In this document: positions 12,821-26,161 of the stretch, in pieces
Position numbering within the stretch: position 1 is the first letter of the stretch
Layout of the letters: each line of letters starts with the position of its first letter
Assembly (NCBI GenBank): GCA_964188305.1
Contig: OZ076885.1
DNA from: Podarcis bocagei
Lineage: Eukaryota
Direction: 5' to 3' (one strand)
Length of the DNA stretch: 64,000 nt
The notes under the pieces: model-generated
Databases searched by the model: none
What the model was told of the DNA's origin: nothing
The model's input: the letters and a program-made list of their open reading frames with translations, nothing else
Translations under genes and position numbers: made by a program

Positions 12821-13812
12821 ATGCTCCCTTGCCCTGAAAATGCTGAAAAGCAAATTTAGCAGACTGAAATTTTTTTTTTAAACCTGCCCCTTACAATTGT
12901 TAATTTTATGTGTATACTGTCTCTGTGTGTATGTGGCTAGATGCTGTTGCTAAGACCTCTAAATTCCTATCACAATGCATAATATATCTTGTCTGTCTGT
13001 GTCTGTTTGTTTGTTTCACTCTGAATAAGGGATGTGTCCCAAATCGTAACTCATATCTAGTTCATGTCAATACTGAAGCAGAGATGGCAGCATGACAAAC
13101 AGAAATGCGATTGCTCCCAGGGACGTGGATGTTAGCAGCAACCTTGAATAACCTGCATGCAGATTTTCAGTTCCAACGAGATTCTGGACCCATCCTAAGC
13201 ATTAAAGGCTCTGTGCCAGAATCCAGCCAACAACCCTAATAACCTTACCATATAATTCTCTCTCTCTTTCACTGAAGAAGCAGCAAAGGAGATGGACAGA
13301 TTCACTGGATAGGGTGGGGGAGGCAATGATGCAAAGCTGTTTGCAATAATATTAAAACATCCTCTTCTCTCTTTTTTAAAAGAAGTAGGTTTTTGTGCCA
13401 TTTGCTGCTAAGCCCTCAGGAACGCAGAAGTAAATCCCATTGTTCAAATATATGTGTACACGACTGCAACATTATTGCTCCGGCAGAGGAAGTAGCCACA
13501 AAAGACCCTCCATGTAAGTTAAAACCCCAGAGCTTTTTATACTGGGGGCAGAGAAAGAGCCTTACATGACCTTCCAAAAATCTATTTTGGGAAACTCATA
13601 TATGCCCAATATCCCTTACAGAGGTTACAAGCCAGATGAAATGTCCTCAAGCAAGCTTACTGAGAATGCTGCTGAAAAGTATTTTTCAAAGTAGGGGAAA
13701 TGGTTGAAAGGATATGAAGAAATAGAAAAGGAGCGTGCAGCAGTTGCCTGCCCCACCTCTCTCACACACACTGCCAGTCTGTCTGAGTATGAATGGAACA
13801 AAGCCTCTAGTG

Positions 13813-13951
13813 AAAGGCTTCCTCAAACTCTGCTCTCCAGATGTTTTTGGCCTACAACTCCCATGATCCCTAGCTAGTAGGACCAGTGGTCAGGGATGAT
13901 GGGAATTGTAGTCTCAAAAAACATCTTGAGGGCCGAGGTTGAGGAAGCCTG
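13813..13951. mobile_element. Palindromic hAT-type MITE with 8-bp TSD
   Basis: TSD CTCTAGTG at 13805-13812 and 13952-13959; TIR AGGCTTCCTCAA / TTGAGGAAGCCT. Confidence 0.85.
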
Positions 13952-15405
13952 CTCTAGTGTTATGGTGCTGAGGCCCAGATGGGGCAGCCTGTCTGGCTAA
14001 GGAGAATATAGACCTGCTATTGTGATAAGTTCCATCCTTCTAGTGGTAAAGTTAAGGCCTATCTCATCCTGAAGCAAAATCAGATTGTAGAAGCTTTCCC
14101 CACACCCTCTGCACTCTGCAAGAAGTCCACCATTAAAAAATATCTGTACCAGGAAAAAATACAAACTAATCTGGAGTGCAAACAGTGGAGTAGGTGCAAT
14201 AAAATGCAATAAAGATCAGCAGATCAGCAGCACACAGAATAGTAGATTCCAATAAGTGTAGGGCATCCACTGATCACGCTGAGATCACAACTTAACATAC
14301 GTTTACGCCTGCAATTAGTACCAACTGCACAGCAAATGAGATAGTTTTCAACAGGGACATTCAATAAACCTATTGGCCCCAGAGGATGAGAAATATTAAA
14401 TATGTAAAATCTGCTTTACCAGTGTCTGCTTGTGTAATAACATGCTTCCAAAATTATTATTTAAAGGGTTCTTTTTAATTATAGCTCTACCAGCAGTTCT
14501 CAATCTACCCACCCTGCTCACCATTAAATTCATGTTTTTTTAAAAAAACAGGTGGAAATATGTAATTTTTATTCCAATAAGTAATGCTGTTAGATACTGT
14601 TACTATTGTTTCCTTCAATAGCCTAGTCTACTGTCTGTAAATATTCAAACCGGAGTGATATTTAACCATTAATAAACTTTATAACTTCCTCCTATGGATT
14701 TCACTTCATGTTGTATTCTAGAGTCATGCATGTGTAGGAATTATATTTTATATCATTCAAAGTATCTTTTGGGAGTGGAGTCTAGACTGTAAATCACTGC
14801 AGCAATTGGTGATGTTAGCAAAACTCAACCTGCTGATGATATTCATCCCATATGATAAGTGGTCAGATGTTACATAATAGGGTTATTTTCCCCATTGTTT
14901 ACATTTTGTTCTCCATGTCTGCAAGTTGAAGGGGTGTTCTGATTGTGATATCCTTAAGCACATGAGGAGTTAGTGCCAATCATCCAACTCAGTGGAATGT
15001 TCCTCTAAATAAACATAGTCTTAGGATCCAGCTGCACACATTTATGTTAACTTGACAGCCCAATCCTGTGCATGCTTTCTTGAAAGTAAATTTGTTCAGT
15101 GGGGATTACCTGCCAATAAGTGTCTTGTTTACAGGATGGCAACTTGGGGTAAAAGGACATCTTTTTGGGGTATGCTCAGTGCTGGTTGCCCCTTTTATTT
15201 TACTTTTAAAATGTATTTTTATTAAAGATTTCTTGGTTTACAAAAGTATGTGCAATGTCTCTTTTTCAAGTTACGTTTTCTGCAGATCAGTTTCATTTGT
15301 TGTGAGACATTAGCGTTACATTAGGAATAAAAGAGGGAAAGAGGTGGAGGGGGGAATGGTAAGTAGGGGTGGGGTCGGGTAGCAATGCTTCTATTCTCCT
15401 TAGTG

Positions 15406-15627
15406 CAGGGGTACCCAAACGTTTTTCAGGGCCAGATTTGATGAAGTGAACATGTGTGAGAGCCGACCAAAGTTGTTGAACTTTTTATTGAGATTGAAGT
15501 TGTTGAGCTTTTTTTACAATTTTACCCCATGACATATACTGCCACGGGGGCCACGGGGGCCGGATTAAATCAACCAGCAGGCTGGATTAGCCCCCCCCCC
15601 AAAAAAAACGGGCTTTGGACATGCCTG
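15406..15627. mobile_element. hAT-type MITE with 8-bp TSD
   Basis: TSD CCTTAGTG at 15398-15405 and 15628-15635; termini CAGGGGTACCCAAA / TTTGGACATGCCTG. Confidence 0.85.
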
Positions 15628-16949
15628 CCTTAGTGTATGTGTGGGGTTTTGTGTCAGCATCGTTGCTATTTTTTATTTTGAGGGTTAAAGTAGCTGATCA
15701 GCAGCTGTTGCTGGGGAGGAGAGATGATCAAACAGTGCATTGTAACCTGCCCTGTAGCAGCTGAGGCTGGAAAAGGGAGAAGAGACCCAGGAATAAGCCT
15801 TCCTGGAAACATTATCTACAGCATCATTGCTCTGAAATCTGCTGCTTAGCGTGGAGACGGTGAACAGAGAACAGGAGAAACAGTACAGTAGGTAGTCATT
15901 CTCATTCATTCTCTCTCTCTCTCTCTCTCACTCACACACACACCCTTTATCTCTGGGTGATAAAGAGCTGGTAATGGAAAAATAGCCAATTATTCAGTCT
16001 TTCTCTCTGGGTGGGGAATTGGAGCTCTAGTTCTCTGTGCTAGATTACTCAGGCAGAGGTGGTGGCTTACTCCTAATGGGCAGTGACTACAACTCAGTAG
16101 CAGAGCGCCACAGTCAGGAGGTCTCAGGTTCAATTCCCAGCAGGGCTGGAAAAGCCTGTGGTCAGTCTTTAACAACACTGGGCTAGGGACATAAAGAACA
16201 AGTGTCTTATATGATTGCTCTCCAAGCCCTACCTGGAGATGCTCAGAACTGAACCTAGGACCTTTTGCCTGCAAAACAGATGCTTTGCTGCCCAGCCAGG
16301 ATACTGATGGCTAGAGAGGCTGATCTTCTGACTCAGTCTGTGAGCTGCCTACAGTCACTGGCCACCTGCTTCCTTGCTTGGCTCTGCTGGGCCTCCTCCT
16401 CCCTCTGTACTGTCTGCATGAGCAGGAAGTGCCTGCAGAGGGAGAGGGCATCTCAGAAATGAGCAGCAGCAACCATCACTTGCTCAAAACTTTCTGCAGA
16501 GGGAGAGCTGAAGGTGAGCAACCATGCCTTCTCCTCATTCTCTCTCTCTGTGGGAGGATTGGGAGCCTCCACCACTGTGCCAACAGAGAGACAACTCAGA
16601 CCAGGAAGTGGCAGGATGCTCCTATGCTCTTGCTCACTCTTTGCTGCACTGCCCAGCGAGAGGAGGAAAGTGACGGTGGGCAGAGGCCGTTGCTTATGTT
16701 TTCTCTGTGGGCAGCAGCACCACCAGCCCAGTGCTGAGACGCCCAGAGGAACAATAACCAATAGCTTTGCTGCTGGATTGCCTCTCCACACCAGCAATGC
16801 TAGTCGACTGGCTGCTTTTCCTACAAAAACTAAAAAGTGGCACCCATGTAGTGAATTGACCCCAGTGGCTCCGCAACACTGGTTCTCCGGCCTTGTGCCG
16901 CAGGGCATCGGGCTGATGGTTTTGCAGGCCCCTTCAGAGTGCGCTCTCG

Positions 16950-18760
16950 CAGCCTTTCTGAGAACTGGGTGCCCTCCAGCCTGTTTGGGGCTGCGACCCG
17001 CATCCGCTCCGGCCACCACGACGCCGGGTTTTTCCTTCCTCCGTCGGATCTCCCGGCCTCTGACCTGACCGGGAGGAAGCGAGTAGGGACGCCACGTGCT
17101 TCGATCCCCAGGGAGCCTTACTCTTCGCGCCTGTGCGCTGCGGAGTGACTGCGCCGGCCTGAGTCAGAACCGCGCCGCCGCTGCCGAAGCCCGGCTCCCC
17201 TCGACGTGTGGGCCGGCACGTCCCGCGGTGGCCAACCCCGCCAGACAAGCGGCGGCGACCGCCCCCTCCGACGTCACGCGCGGGATTCCTACTTAAGCGC
17301 CCGCCGCCTCCCCCTGCCTCGCGGTACTGCAGCGGCAATCGGAGGGCCCGGTCATTGCGCGCACGCTTTGCCTGACTTACCCAGGTAAGGAAGCGCTCGT
17401 GGGAACGAGGCGGGCTGGGCGAGGCGTGCAAAGAGCCCCGCGCCACCTTTTCCCACTTGCACACTCGGGGTAAAGCAAGCCGTCCAAAGAGGACTTTCCC
17501 CTGCTGGATGGATAGAAGGAGATCCTCCAAAGCGGAGCTAAGAGACCGGGCGTTTGGCGCGCAAGGAAGGAGAGGCAGAGTCGGTAGGAGGGCAACCCTG
17601 TAGGTCGGGGTAAGGCAACTCCGGACGTTGTGGGACCACATCTCCCAGCATCCCTGGCTTTTGGCCATGCCAGCTTGGGCTGATGCGAGAGTTGGGCGTC
17701 TGGAGGGCACCACGTTGGCTACCCGTGAGAAGGTGTGAGAGGAGGAAATTGGAATCTCTCCCCGCTTCCCCCGTGTCCCTCTGAAATGGTTTTGTAGGAA
17801 GTGCCCGGGGTGGGGAGAGAAGCAGGCTGTTGTGGTCCTTTTTTTGGCCCACTGGTCATTATGTAACGCGAGGGGTGGAGGGAGGCGGCTGCAGAAAGGG
17901 ATGCTCTGTACAGGTCAGAGAGTCCACTTTGGAGCGGAAAACGCCGAGCCCTGGACCCTCAATAAATTCGAGCTGTTTTAGGTATGGAATTTTTAAATGG
18001 ATTTCCAATGCCCCGAGGCTTTGGGTGTGTTGGGGTGGAGAGATGACTGTGCTGGTGAGGAGAGCGGAGTTACTTTGCGAGGACCTGTGGACGCGTCGTA
18101 TTTCCTTGCCGCCTCCGCCCTCGGTGCTGCAATATCCGCTACAGAGAGGAGGGAAAACGTGGTTTCCGAAAACGGCTGGGTCATCGCACTGCCCGGAGGA
18201 AATTAAAAAAGGGAGGGGGATGTCCGGGGAAGGTTGCGCTTTGGGGCCACTAGAACTTCTAAGTCACTAGTCCATGGTGAGGTTTGCAGCTCAAGCGCAG
18301 CAGAGTTATTGCTCAGGCTGTTGTACCTTCTTAGCTCCTTTATTTCCTCCCGGGAGCGGGACTAGCACCGCCCTATCAAACCCCAGGCGAAGATCGCGGT
18401 GGTATTCTGTCTCTGACGCAAGTAGTTCTCGTGCCTTTGAGCCAGGATTCCTCCTTGCCTTTTATCGCTGGCAACTAAATCAACCTGACTGCATTCGGCT
18501 TGCACGGAGGAGGAGGAGGAAGTGTGGACGGTTCTCTCCATTCCCCGCCTGCATCGCCCCCCTGCCCGACTATTGAATATCTTGCACCGGGAAAACTGGT
18601 CAGCACTGGAATCGGTGCCTCACACGGCCCGCTTCCCGGAAATGTAATTGGGAGGGTTATAAAGTGGTAGTTCATCTCGGCAGTAGCTGGATGCGATCGC
18701 GCTTGCAGTAGGTGATCCCCTTAGGAAGATAGTGACGCTTATGTAGGGGGGGGAGGGGGA
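16950..18760 (+). promoter_or_regulatory. LDHA: LDHA CpG-island promoter with E-box, AP-1, HRE pair, CRE and TATA-like element, extending into intron 1
   Basis: CACGTG 17093-17098; TGAGTCA 17160-17166; ACGTG 17204-17208 with inverted GCACGT 17216-17221; CGACGTCA 17269-17276; ACTTAAG 17291-17297; high CpG density. Confidence 0.85.
17320..17384 (+). other. LDHA: LDHA non-coding exon 1 (start approximate)
   Basis: Follows the TATA-like ACTTAAG and ends at a strong donor CAG|GTAAGG (17384/17385); vertebrate LDHA has an untranslated first exon. Confidence 0.7.
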
Positions 18761-21700
18761 GGAAGGTAGATCTGGATCTGCTGATCTCTGACGGATCTGC
18801 GTTAGATCGCCGAGGGTTTCAGGCTGCCCTAACAAAATGCTTCTCCCCACTTAAAATAGACAGCTTAGGGGTTTTTTTCCCGGGTGTGTGTGTGTGTGCT
18901 AAGCAGGAGAGAACTCCTGAGTTCAAGTACTCTGAGAGTTCAGTTTTGGTTCAGAAAACCAAATTCTAGACACCTTGTGTTTTTTTTAATTATAACTTGT
19001 TCGTGCATGGGCTTTGGCTGATTATATTTTGGTATTTTGTGTGTGTGTGTGTGTTAAGTATATCCGCTAAGCCTGAAATCTGTCTACCTCCCAAGGCTTA
19101 ATACCCTTCCTGGTTAACAGAATTGCTACCTAGTTTAAGGGATGCCGGAAGAATCCCAGAGAAGATAACTTGTGTTAGTGAATCACTTCACTCTTCAGTG
19201 AGAATAGGTGGAGCCAGGCATTGTGTTGTGGGGAAAATGCCCTTTCCCTCAATTTGTTGTGACTTCCCAGATTCTTGCGGATTTATTCAGGGTAATTCTT
19301 AGGACTGTGCAGGAATGCAAACTATAGGGCCCAAACTACATATGCTCAAGTGGGCCACATGCAAAGTGGAATGCAGCTTTTGCCAGATGTTCAGCAAGCA
19401 TACTTGTGCCTCCTCCTTGCAATGGAAATAGGTTAAAATGAGATGCAAGGTCAGCCAATTAGCTTCATTAGAGAGCTGAGATCTGAGCCCTGGTCAAAGC
19501 CTAGCACTCTTGGCTGCACAACAGGGCTGGTCCTGTACATGGCTATGACTGTGTGCAGTTAGTTCCAGGCAGGGAGCTGGCAGAAGAACTTAATGTCTAC
19601 AGACCTAGCAGTTGGGGCTAAATTAGGCTTGAATGTGGAGTGGCTCAATTCACACAGGAAGTTGATGTAGTTGCTCCAACACACAAACCAAATGGCTTAT
19701 GTAACACAAGTGTGCATTTACCACACTGTTACTGAAAATGCATTTGGCAGCATTGTGATGATGGCACCAAGTTGTGAATTTATTCTCTATACACACACAC
19801 AGACACACACACACACACCCAGCTCATGTGGACGCACATGGTTCAGTGCATTCTCAATGTAAAGTTTGATTTTGTACTGGTACCAGGTTCTAATAATATT
19901 CTGCTTTTTGTCCTGTGTTTGATCACAGGAACATGATTTACCATATTTCCCCTTCCTTCTTCCAACATACTGAATTTTTTTAATCTAGGTGCATGATAAC
20001 CCCCCCCCCGTGCTTTCCTAGCATCACACATGCAGATTCCCTTTGACTTCAGCTTCATCAGATGCCAGAGCCCTTTCATGTCAAAATGTGCCCTTGTGAC
20101 TGTGGCCCCTACAGGGCAGTGGAATCAGGTTTCCATTTTGCTCGTTGAACTAGACATGCAAAATATGCAGGACACATTTTTGCCTATAGAGATGTGTCTT
20201 TCAATTTCAGGAAAGGTATCTGATACTGTAAAATTGCTGATCAGATGAAAAAAATTACATTTTCATTGAACGATTTGGAGCTTAATGTGCATAATGCATA
20301 TGAATCTTGCCTGTGCCTCACTCTGAACTGCACTGTTAATTCACACAATTATTGGTAACTATAATAAGCAGCTGTTTTTAGTCTATGGGAAGGTTGCAAG
20401 ATCATTCACTTGGCTACTGCTTCAGAAGTTGTGGTTTGGTTTTGTTGCAAAACTCTGCACATTGTCTCCAAATACTTACTGATCGCTCAATGTCTCCAAA
20501 TACTTACTGATCACCAAATTGGAGTGCTGATGATCACGGTGGAGAGAGAGAGTGCTTGCCTTGATTTGCTCTTTAACCACCAAGTGAACAGCTGCATATA
20601 GTAGCAACAAAAAGACCTACAGTAACTCTGATTCAATATATTCAGTAGGGATGCTCAGTATTTCCACATTTGCAGTAGCATCATTGCTGCAAAGAGCAGA
20701 GTGCTTCATACCAGATGACACTGAAGTGATGCACCCAGGAGAGATCAGACTTTTTGGTTTTTCCCTTTCAGTTGCTCTCTATGGGGCAGCTTTGAATGCA
20801 GTAATTGTCATAATTTTGGACTACAGGTGTATGGCTGACTATCCCATGAGCTTTGGAAGCCCATCTTTTAATGACTGTGTCATCCTAGCACCTTGCTGTC
20901 AGTGTTCCAGAATCTACATTCCACATTCTTCTCTCAAACTCTGCCCACCAATATATCCCTTCAATGTGCCCTCCCTCCTCAGTCCTGTTGGGCATCCTTC
21001 CTCCTCTTCAGCAGCCTTCTCCCACCAAGCAGGTGTGCCTTTATGCCACTACATTACACACTTGCTTGCGCCATACTCCCTCCCCCAGTTTGGTTCACCA
21101 ACTTTAAATTGAGATAGCAATGGCTTGTTGCTGATTTTGATTCAGAACTGCCTGACACTCTTAATTCCAAAGTTTAACATCATGAAATGCCCCTTCATTC
21201 CAGCAACACTGACCACTAATCTGCTATATTGACCCCTTTATTTTCACTTTTGTGCTCTTGCATTGGCAGGCATGCACCCCTACCCCTTGTTGGTACTACC
21301 CAAGTTTTTTATATTCCTGACTTGCTTCTAGCTTCTAGCTCTGGACTCTGGCCCAATGTGATATCCAGAATCAACCTTTGTCCTCCTGGGGATTTTCACC
21401 TGCCATGCTGCCAGTTTTCAGTTCAAGCCTCATTGTCTCTTGCCACCTACACCATTTCCAGAGTTGTTGTGGCCCCAACATCAGAGTTTGGAACATCAGA
21501 GTATGGCATAATATTTCCTGATTTTTATATGCTGCCTAATATTTTATGGTTTTTATATGCTGTTCTCTCCCAAGACAGCTTTTAACATTAAACAAAGCAA
21601 AACATAACATACATCTTTAAGAAATAAAATAAAAACTTTAAGACAACCATATAGAACACAGAGCAAAGTGTTTCACTACTTCCGAGTGAGTCAGTCAGTC

Positions 21701-22261
21701 AGTCAGTCGCATCTTTTAGTTCTCAATCACATCCTGGGTAGACTTTGTGCCTGAAAGCATACTGATCAAACAGACAAGATGTTTTGTTGCACAATGCACT
21801 GAGCTTGCAAGATCCTTTGATAAGATACTGTGTGGTTTTGTGTTGACTGTGTACATTAGCATTCCACTTCTTCAAAACCTCTGTCTCTTACCTGCAATGA
21901 TCTTGCCAAATTTTCTAATGTGTATTTGGGGGGGAAATGATACATATGTGCCAACAGTGGGTTGGATCCACACCCAAATTAGTCAATTGAACTTTGATCC
22001 CATGTAAATCAATGGGCAATTTACTCATGACTTTGTTCCCATTGTGAAAACAGAAGAATCTGCTAAAATTCAAATACTGCAATAACAATTAAAGCAAAAT
22101 CAAGGTTCTTGCAAATTTGCAGAGTAAACTCTGGTGTGTGTATCTTAGTGATGGGATCCATCTTTGAAATGGACCGTGTTAACTTATCATCACAGCGCAA
22201 TTCAACAAGTGATGAAAATGAGTTGATTGTATTCTTATGTTTACTCCCACAGAGCTACAAG

Positions 22262-22387
22262 ATGTCTCTCAAGGAAAAGCTGATTGAAAATGTTCACAAA
22301 GAAGAACACCCTCATGCCCACAACAAGATCACTGTGGTTGGGGTTGGTGCAGTTGGCATGGCTTGTGCCATAAGCATTTTGATGAAG
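22262..22387 (+). CDS. LDHA: L-lactate dehydrogenase A, first coding exon ([42 protein letters not shown])
   Basis: ATG at 22262 after the cccacag acceptor; Rossmann GxGxxG motif; donor AAG|GTAGG; 126 nt. Confidence 0.97.
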
Positions 22388-22838
22388 GTAGGTAAAATCT
22401 GTGTTTCGTGTGGTCTTGCCTTTTTGTTTAACAATATTTTTATCTATTTATTTGCATTGCTGTGTTTTGAGGTTTTTTGTTGTTGTTCTTAACTGAATTT
22501 AATGTTAGCATTTTGTGCTACTTTGTAAGAAAAGTAATGAACACAATAATGCTAAATTTGTGTATTGCTATGTCTTTCTGTAAAAATAAAATGTTCTATA
22601 AAGCACAGGTAGACGTGTTTTTATAGACAGTCAAGTATGTTTCCATAAACTCAGTTTGTGAATACAAATCCTAACAGTGCAGCCTATGCATACCTATTCA
22701 GAAATAAGTCCATTGGCTTCAACGGGACATACTCCAAGATCAGTGTATTTACGATTGCACTGCACACCTCAGATCTGTTCAGAATATCAGCATTAGTTTA
22801 CTGTAACCATGTGCTTAATTCATTTTGATCCTCCAGAC

Positions 22839-23098
22839 CAGGGGTCGGCAACGTGTGGCCCACAAACACTGTTTTACCGGCCCACGAGCTACCCCCGAAC
22901 CTAGCCACCCTCTTGGTGAATCCCCCGTGTGCTAAACTGTGGGGACTTGCTGAGCGGCGGCGGAAATTGCGTCTGCAGGTGCGATTTTCGGTGTCTGGAC
23001 ATGCACAGACACAATTTGTTGTGCTGTGCCAGTCCAGCCCACGGATGATCTCTGTGGGAGTGATCTGGCCCATGGCTGGTAAACCTTGCCAACCCCTG
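22839..23098. mobile_element. hAT-type MITE with 8-bp TSD
   Basis: TIR CAGGGGTCGGCAA / TTGCCAACCCCTG; TSD CTCCAGAC at 22831-22838 and 23099-23106. Confidence 0.9.
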
Positions 23099-23338
23099 CT
23101 CCAGACCAAACACTCCCCACAGCCATGTATAGTGGTTTATCAGGAGCTCTACAAAGCTCCCTAGTTTAGCTGTCTGCTGGGGACTGTTTATTTTTATTAT
23201 TATCAAGGCCTTGGCAGGGCCTGGTGGGCTGCAATTTGTCTTGGTGTATGTCTGCTTGTGCAGGCCTTCCCAGAACCACAAAATTCAGGTCTCTAAAAAA
23301 GCCAGTGGGTTGATCTATCTGTTCTTGGCTTTTTGTAG

Positions 23339-23458
<120 letters not shown>

Positions 23459-24492
23459 TAGTATTTCCCTGTCCTCTATGTACAGACCATCTATTTCAGA
23501 TGCTACATAGCAAGGCAACATCCAGTAGTTTCTCTGGGAGGGAAGCCTCTGTGCCTCTGGAAGTAGAGGTGACTTCTCTTGCCTCAGGCAAGACCAAAGT
23601 TGTGGAATGTCAATCTTTAAAGAGTTTTCACTATGGCAATGATGACTTGAAGGCAGCTGGGTTAACCAGCAGCTGACCTGCACAGATTTATACAGACAAC
23701 ATTGGAGAGTTGGTGTTGTGGATAAAGGCTGTTTCGTGTGGTTTAAGTTGCATTACTTTGAAAAGCAGCATGGTCTGATAAAGTTAGCAATGAGCATCAA
23801 ACTTATGATACCACAAGGATAGAAAAGGCTATTTATATTAACCAGGAATTTGGTCATCACTGTTTCCTTCTGCTGGCTGAGGTTGCCTGCTCTTCTGTCC
23901 ATTTCCCTCCCTACAAATGCTCACCCTTTGACAGGTCTGCTTGGCAGAGCTTAGAACAAATATAAGGGAAGCCTGTTTTTGCTTCTTTTGGTGCAGCAAA
24001 TACTATCAATAGGGGAGTGTTGAGAGAATTGGATTATGGGTGCAGTCCTAAGATTCCTGGGAGGATGTCTTGGGGCCACAGAATAGGCAAGATCTACCCA
24101 TCTGACACCAGAGACTCAGAATCCCAACAGTTGAGAGGTGTAGGTGGTTTTGGAGCATGCCTCCTCACTGCTGCAAGTATCTCCTAAGCCTAGGTAGGGT
24201 CCCAGAGGAGGCCCCTGGAAGCAGCTAGGATGCAGAATTCTCCTGGCCCTGCAAAGTGGGCAAAAAATTAGTCACACTCTTAAGCAGTCTGTTACTTCCA
24301 GTGTGAGTGATAACATTAAAGCAGACACATTTAAAGCCGAAAAAGGATCCTGAGCCTGGCAGGGCTTTGGATAAAGTGCCTTCAGTATAGCACTGTTAAT
24401 GAATTTACACTGGGTTTATTATATTTTTAGGTTTGAACATATCAATGTTATGAGACAAGCAACAAATGAATTTTGACAAATATGCTGATAAC

Positions 24493-24511
24493 TAACAACA
24501 ACAACAACAAC

Positions 24512-24540
<29 letters not shown>
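24493..24540. repeat. (AAC)n-(AC)n microsatellite
   Basis: Directly visible. Confidence 0.9.
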
Positions 24541-24542
<2 letters not shown>

Positions 24543-24589
24543 GCAATAACAACTGGGTGTCCCTTTTTGTTGAGTTTGGATGAAGAGTT

Positions 24590-24820
24590 TGGATTTGATA
24601 TCCCGCTTTATCACTACCCGAAGGAGTCTCAAAGCGGCTAACATTCTCCTTTCCCTTCCTCCCCCACAACAAACACTCTGTGAGGTGAGTGGGGCTGAGA
24701 GACTTCAAAGAAGTGTGACTAGCCCAAGGTCACCCAGCAGCTGCATGTGGAGGAGCGGGGAATCGAACCCGGTTCACCAGATTACAAGTCCACCGCTCTT
24801 AACCACTACACCACACTGGC
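24590..24820 (-). mobile_element. tRNA-derived CORE/MIR-like SINE (Squam3-like)
   Basis: Minus-strand head GCCAGTGTGGTGTAGTGGTTAAGAGCGG (A box), GGTTCGATTCCC (B box), MIR-like core, short repeated tail. Confidence 0.75.
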
Positions 24821-25987
24821 TCACTCCTCACTCCTAGTCTAAAACAAAGTATTGCAAGATTCCAAGCCAGTTCTTGCATGCTGTGGCCATTGCTTATAGT
24901 AGTATGTGGGGTTGTTAGACTCAGCCAGGCTGGAATTTCTCAGATGTTGTTTGTATGATAAATGAATAGCCTGATTCCTCTGGTAGTGCTGGCTCGGGGT
25001 CAATAAGGCTTCTCAGGCCAGGAAGAGATGAGAGGTGTAGAGAAGGGCATGTGAATTGACTTCCCTTAGTCTTTTTACACTCCTTTAGAAAGTCATCATC
25101 TAGAGATGATGCCTGAACAAAAAACCCTGGGAACAGGCTTTTCAGCCTTGGGAAGGTCTATGACAGAGCAAGTTGAACAACTGGCTGTAGTGTAAGAGAC
25201 CAGATACCAAATAAATTGAATCCTTGTCAATCAAAAGCACAAAGCAGTGGAGCTACAGTGTAGAGAAGTGTATTGTTGCTTTGCTAAAACTGCTGCTCTA
25301 AAACTGGCAGACAAGAGCTCTTCTTTGCTTCATTTCCCGACCACAGTCCTTTCCTGACCACAGTCCTTCGATAAAATTTTAAATAGCACTTAATGGATTG
25401 GCAAAGGGCATTTTTTTCCTGCTCCCAGTGGTCAAATTGGAGAGCTTAGTCATGGTTTCCCCTTCCATTCTCTTTTCAGAGCAATACCATCTGAAAACAG
25501 TAGCTCCAGAAGGGGCCTGGGCTTTGCAGAAAAGTGGCTTGATTTTTTGTCTTATGTTTCGAAACAGGATCTAATTGAAAGCAAAATTACATACATATAA
25601 AACATTTAATCCTTTTTAAGGGAGAAGTAGCAGTAGAATTATGATGGCAATAAGGGGTGTCTGAAGCCATAGCAGCTGCTCTTACATCCAGATGAACAAA
25701 GGTGATTTAGTACAAGCAGCTATTTTACTGTTAGTTTCCAAAACACTCTAAGCTAACACTTGGAAGAACACAGCCGGTTTCTTACAGAGCAATCATTAGG
25801 ACTTCAGGTTCTCTGAAGCACAAATTCCCTTTATTCAGCTCATAAATCTGCCTCAAAGGTGTCCTTCTGCTCCTGTGGGACCAATTATTCCTCTCTTCCA
25901 GTCATGCTTTGTGCATTCAATTTGTCTGGAATTGTAACATGCATTATGAAATTTATTTTGAACAAACAAATGTGTTTATTTTTGCAG

Positions 25988-26161
25988 ACTATGCTGTGAC
26001 TGCACACTCCAAGCTGGTCATCATCACTGCTGGAGCCCGCCAGCAAGAAGGCGAGTCTCGCCTTAACTTGGTTCAGCGCAACGTGAACATCTTCAAATTC
26101 ATCATTCCCAGCATTGTCAAGTACAGCCCTGACTGCAAGCTGCTTGTTGTTTCAAATCCAG
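25988..26161 (+). CDS. LDHA: LDHA coding exon with substrate loop (..[33 protein letters not shown])
   Basis: AG/GT boundaries, 174 nt. Confidence 0.97.

Noticed and set aside
16378-18850. Many overlapping ORFs of 100-259 aa on both strands
   Set aside because: Low stop-codon density in and near the LDHA CpG island; no recognisable domains.
20651-21585. 153-aa and 118-aa ORFs in LDHA intron 1, with a PGEIRL..SFND resemblance to Ngaro RT
   Set aside because: Motif spacing is wrong and no other RT motifs are present; insufficient support.
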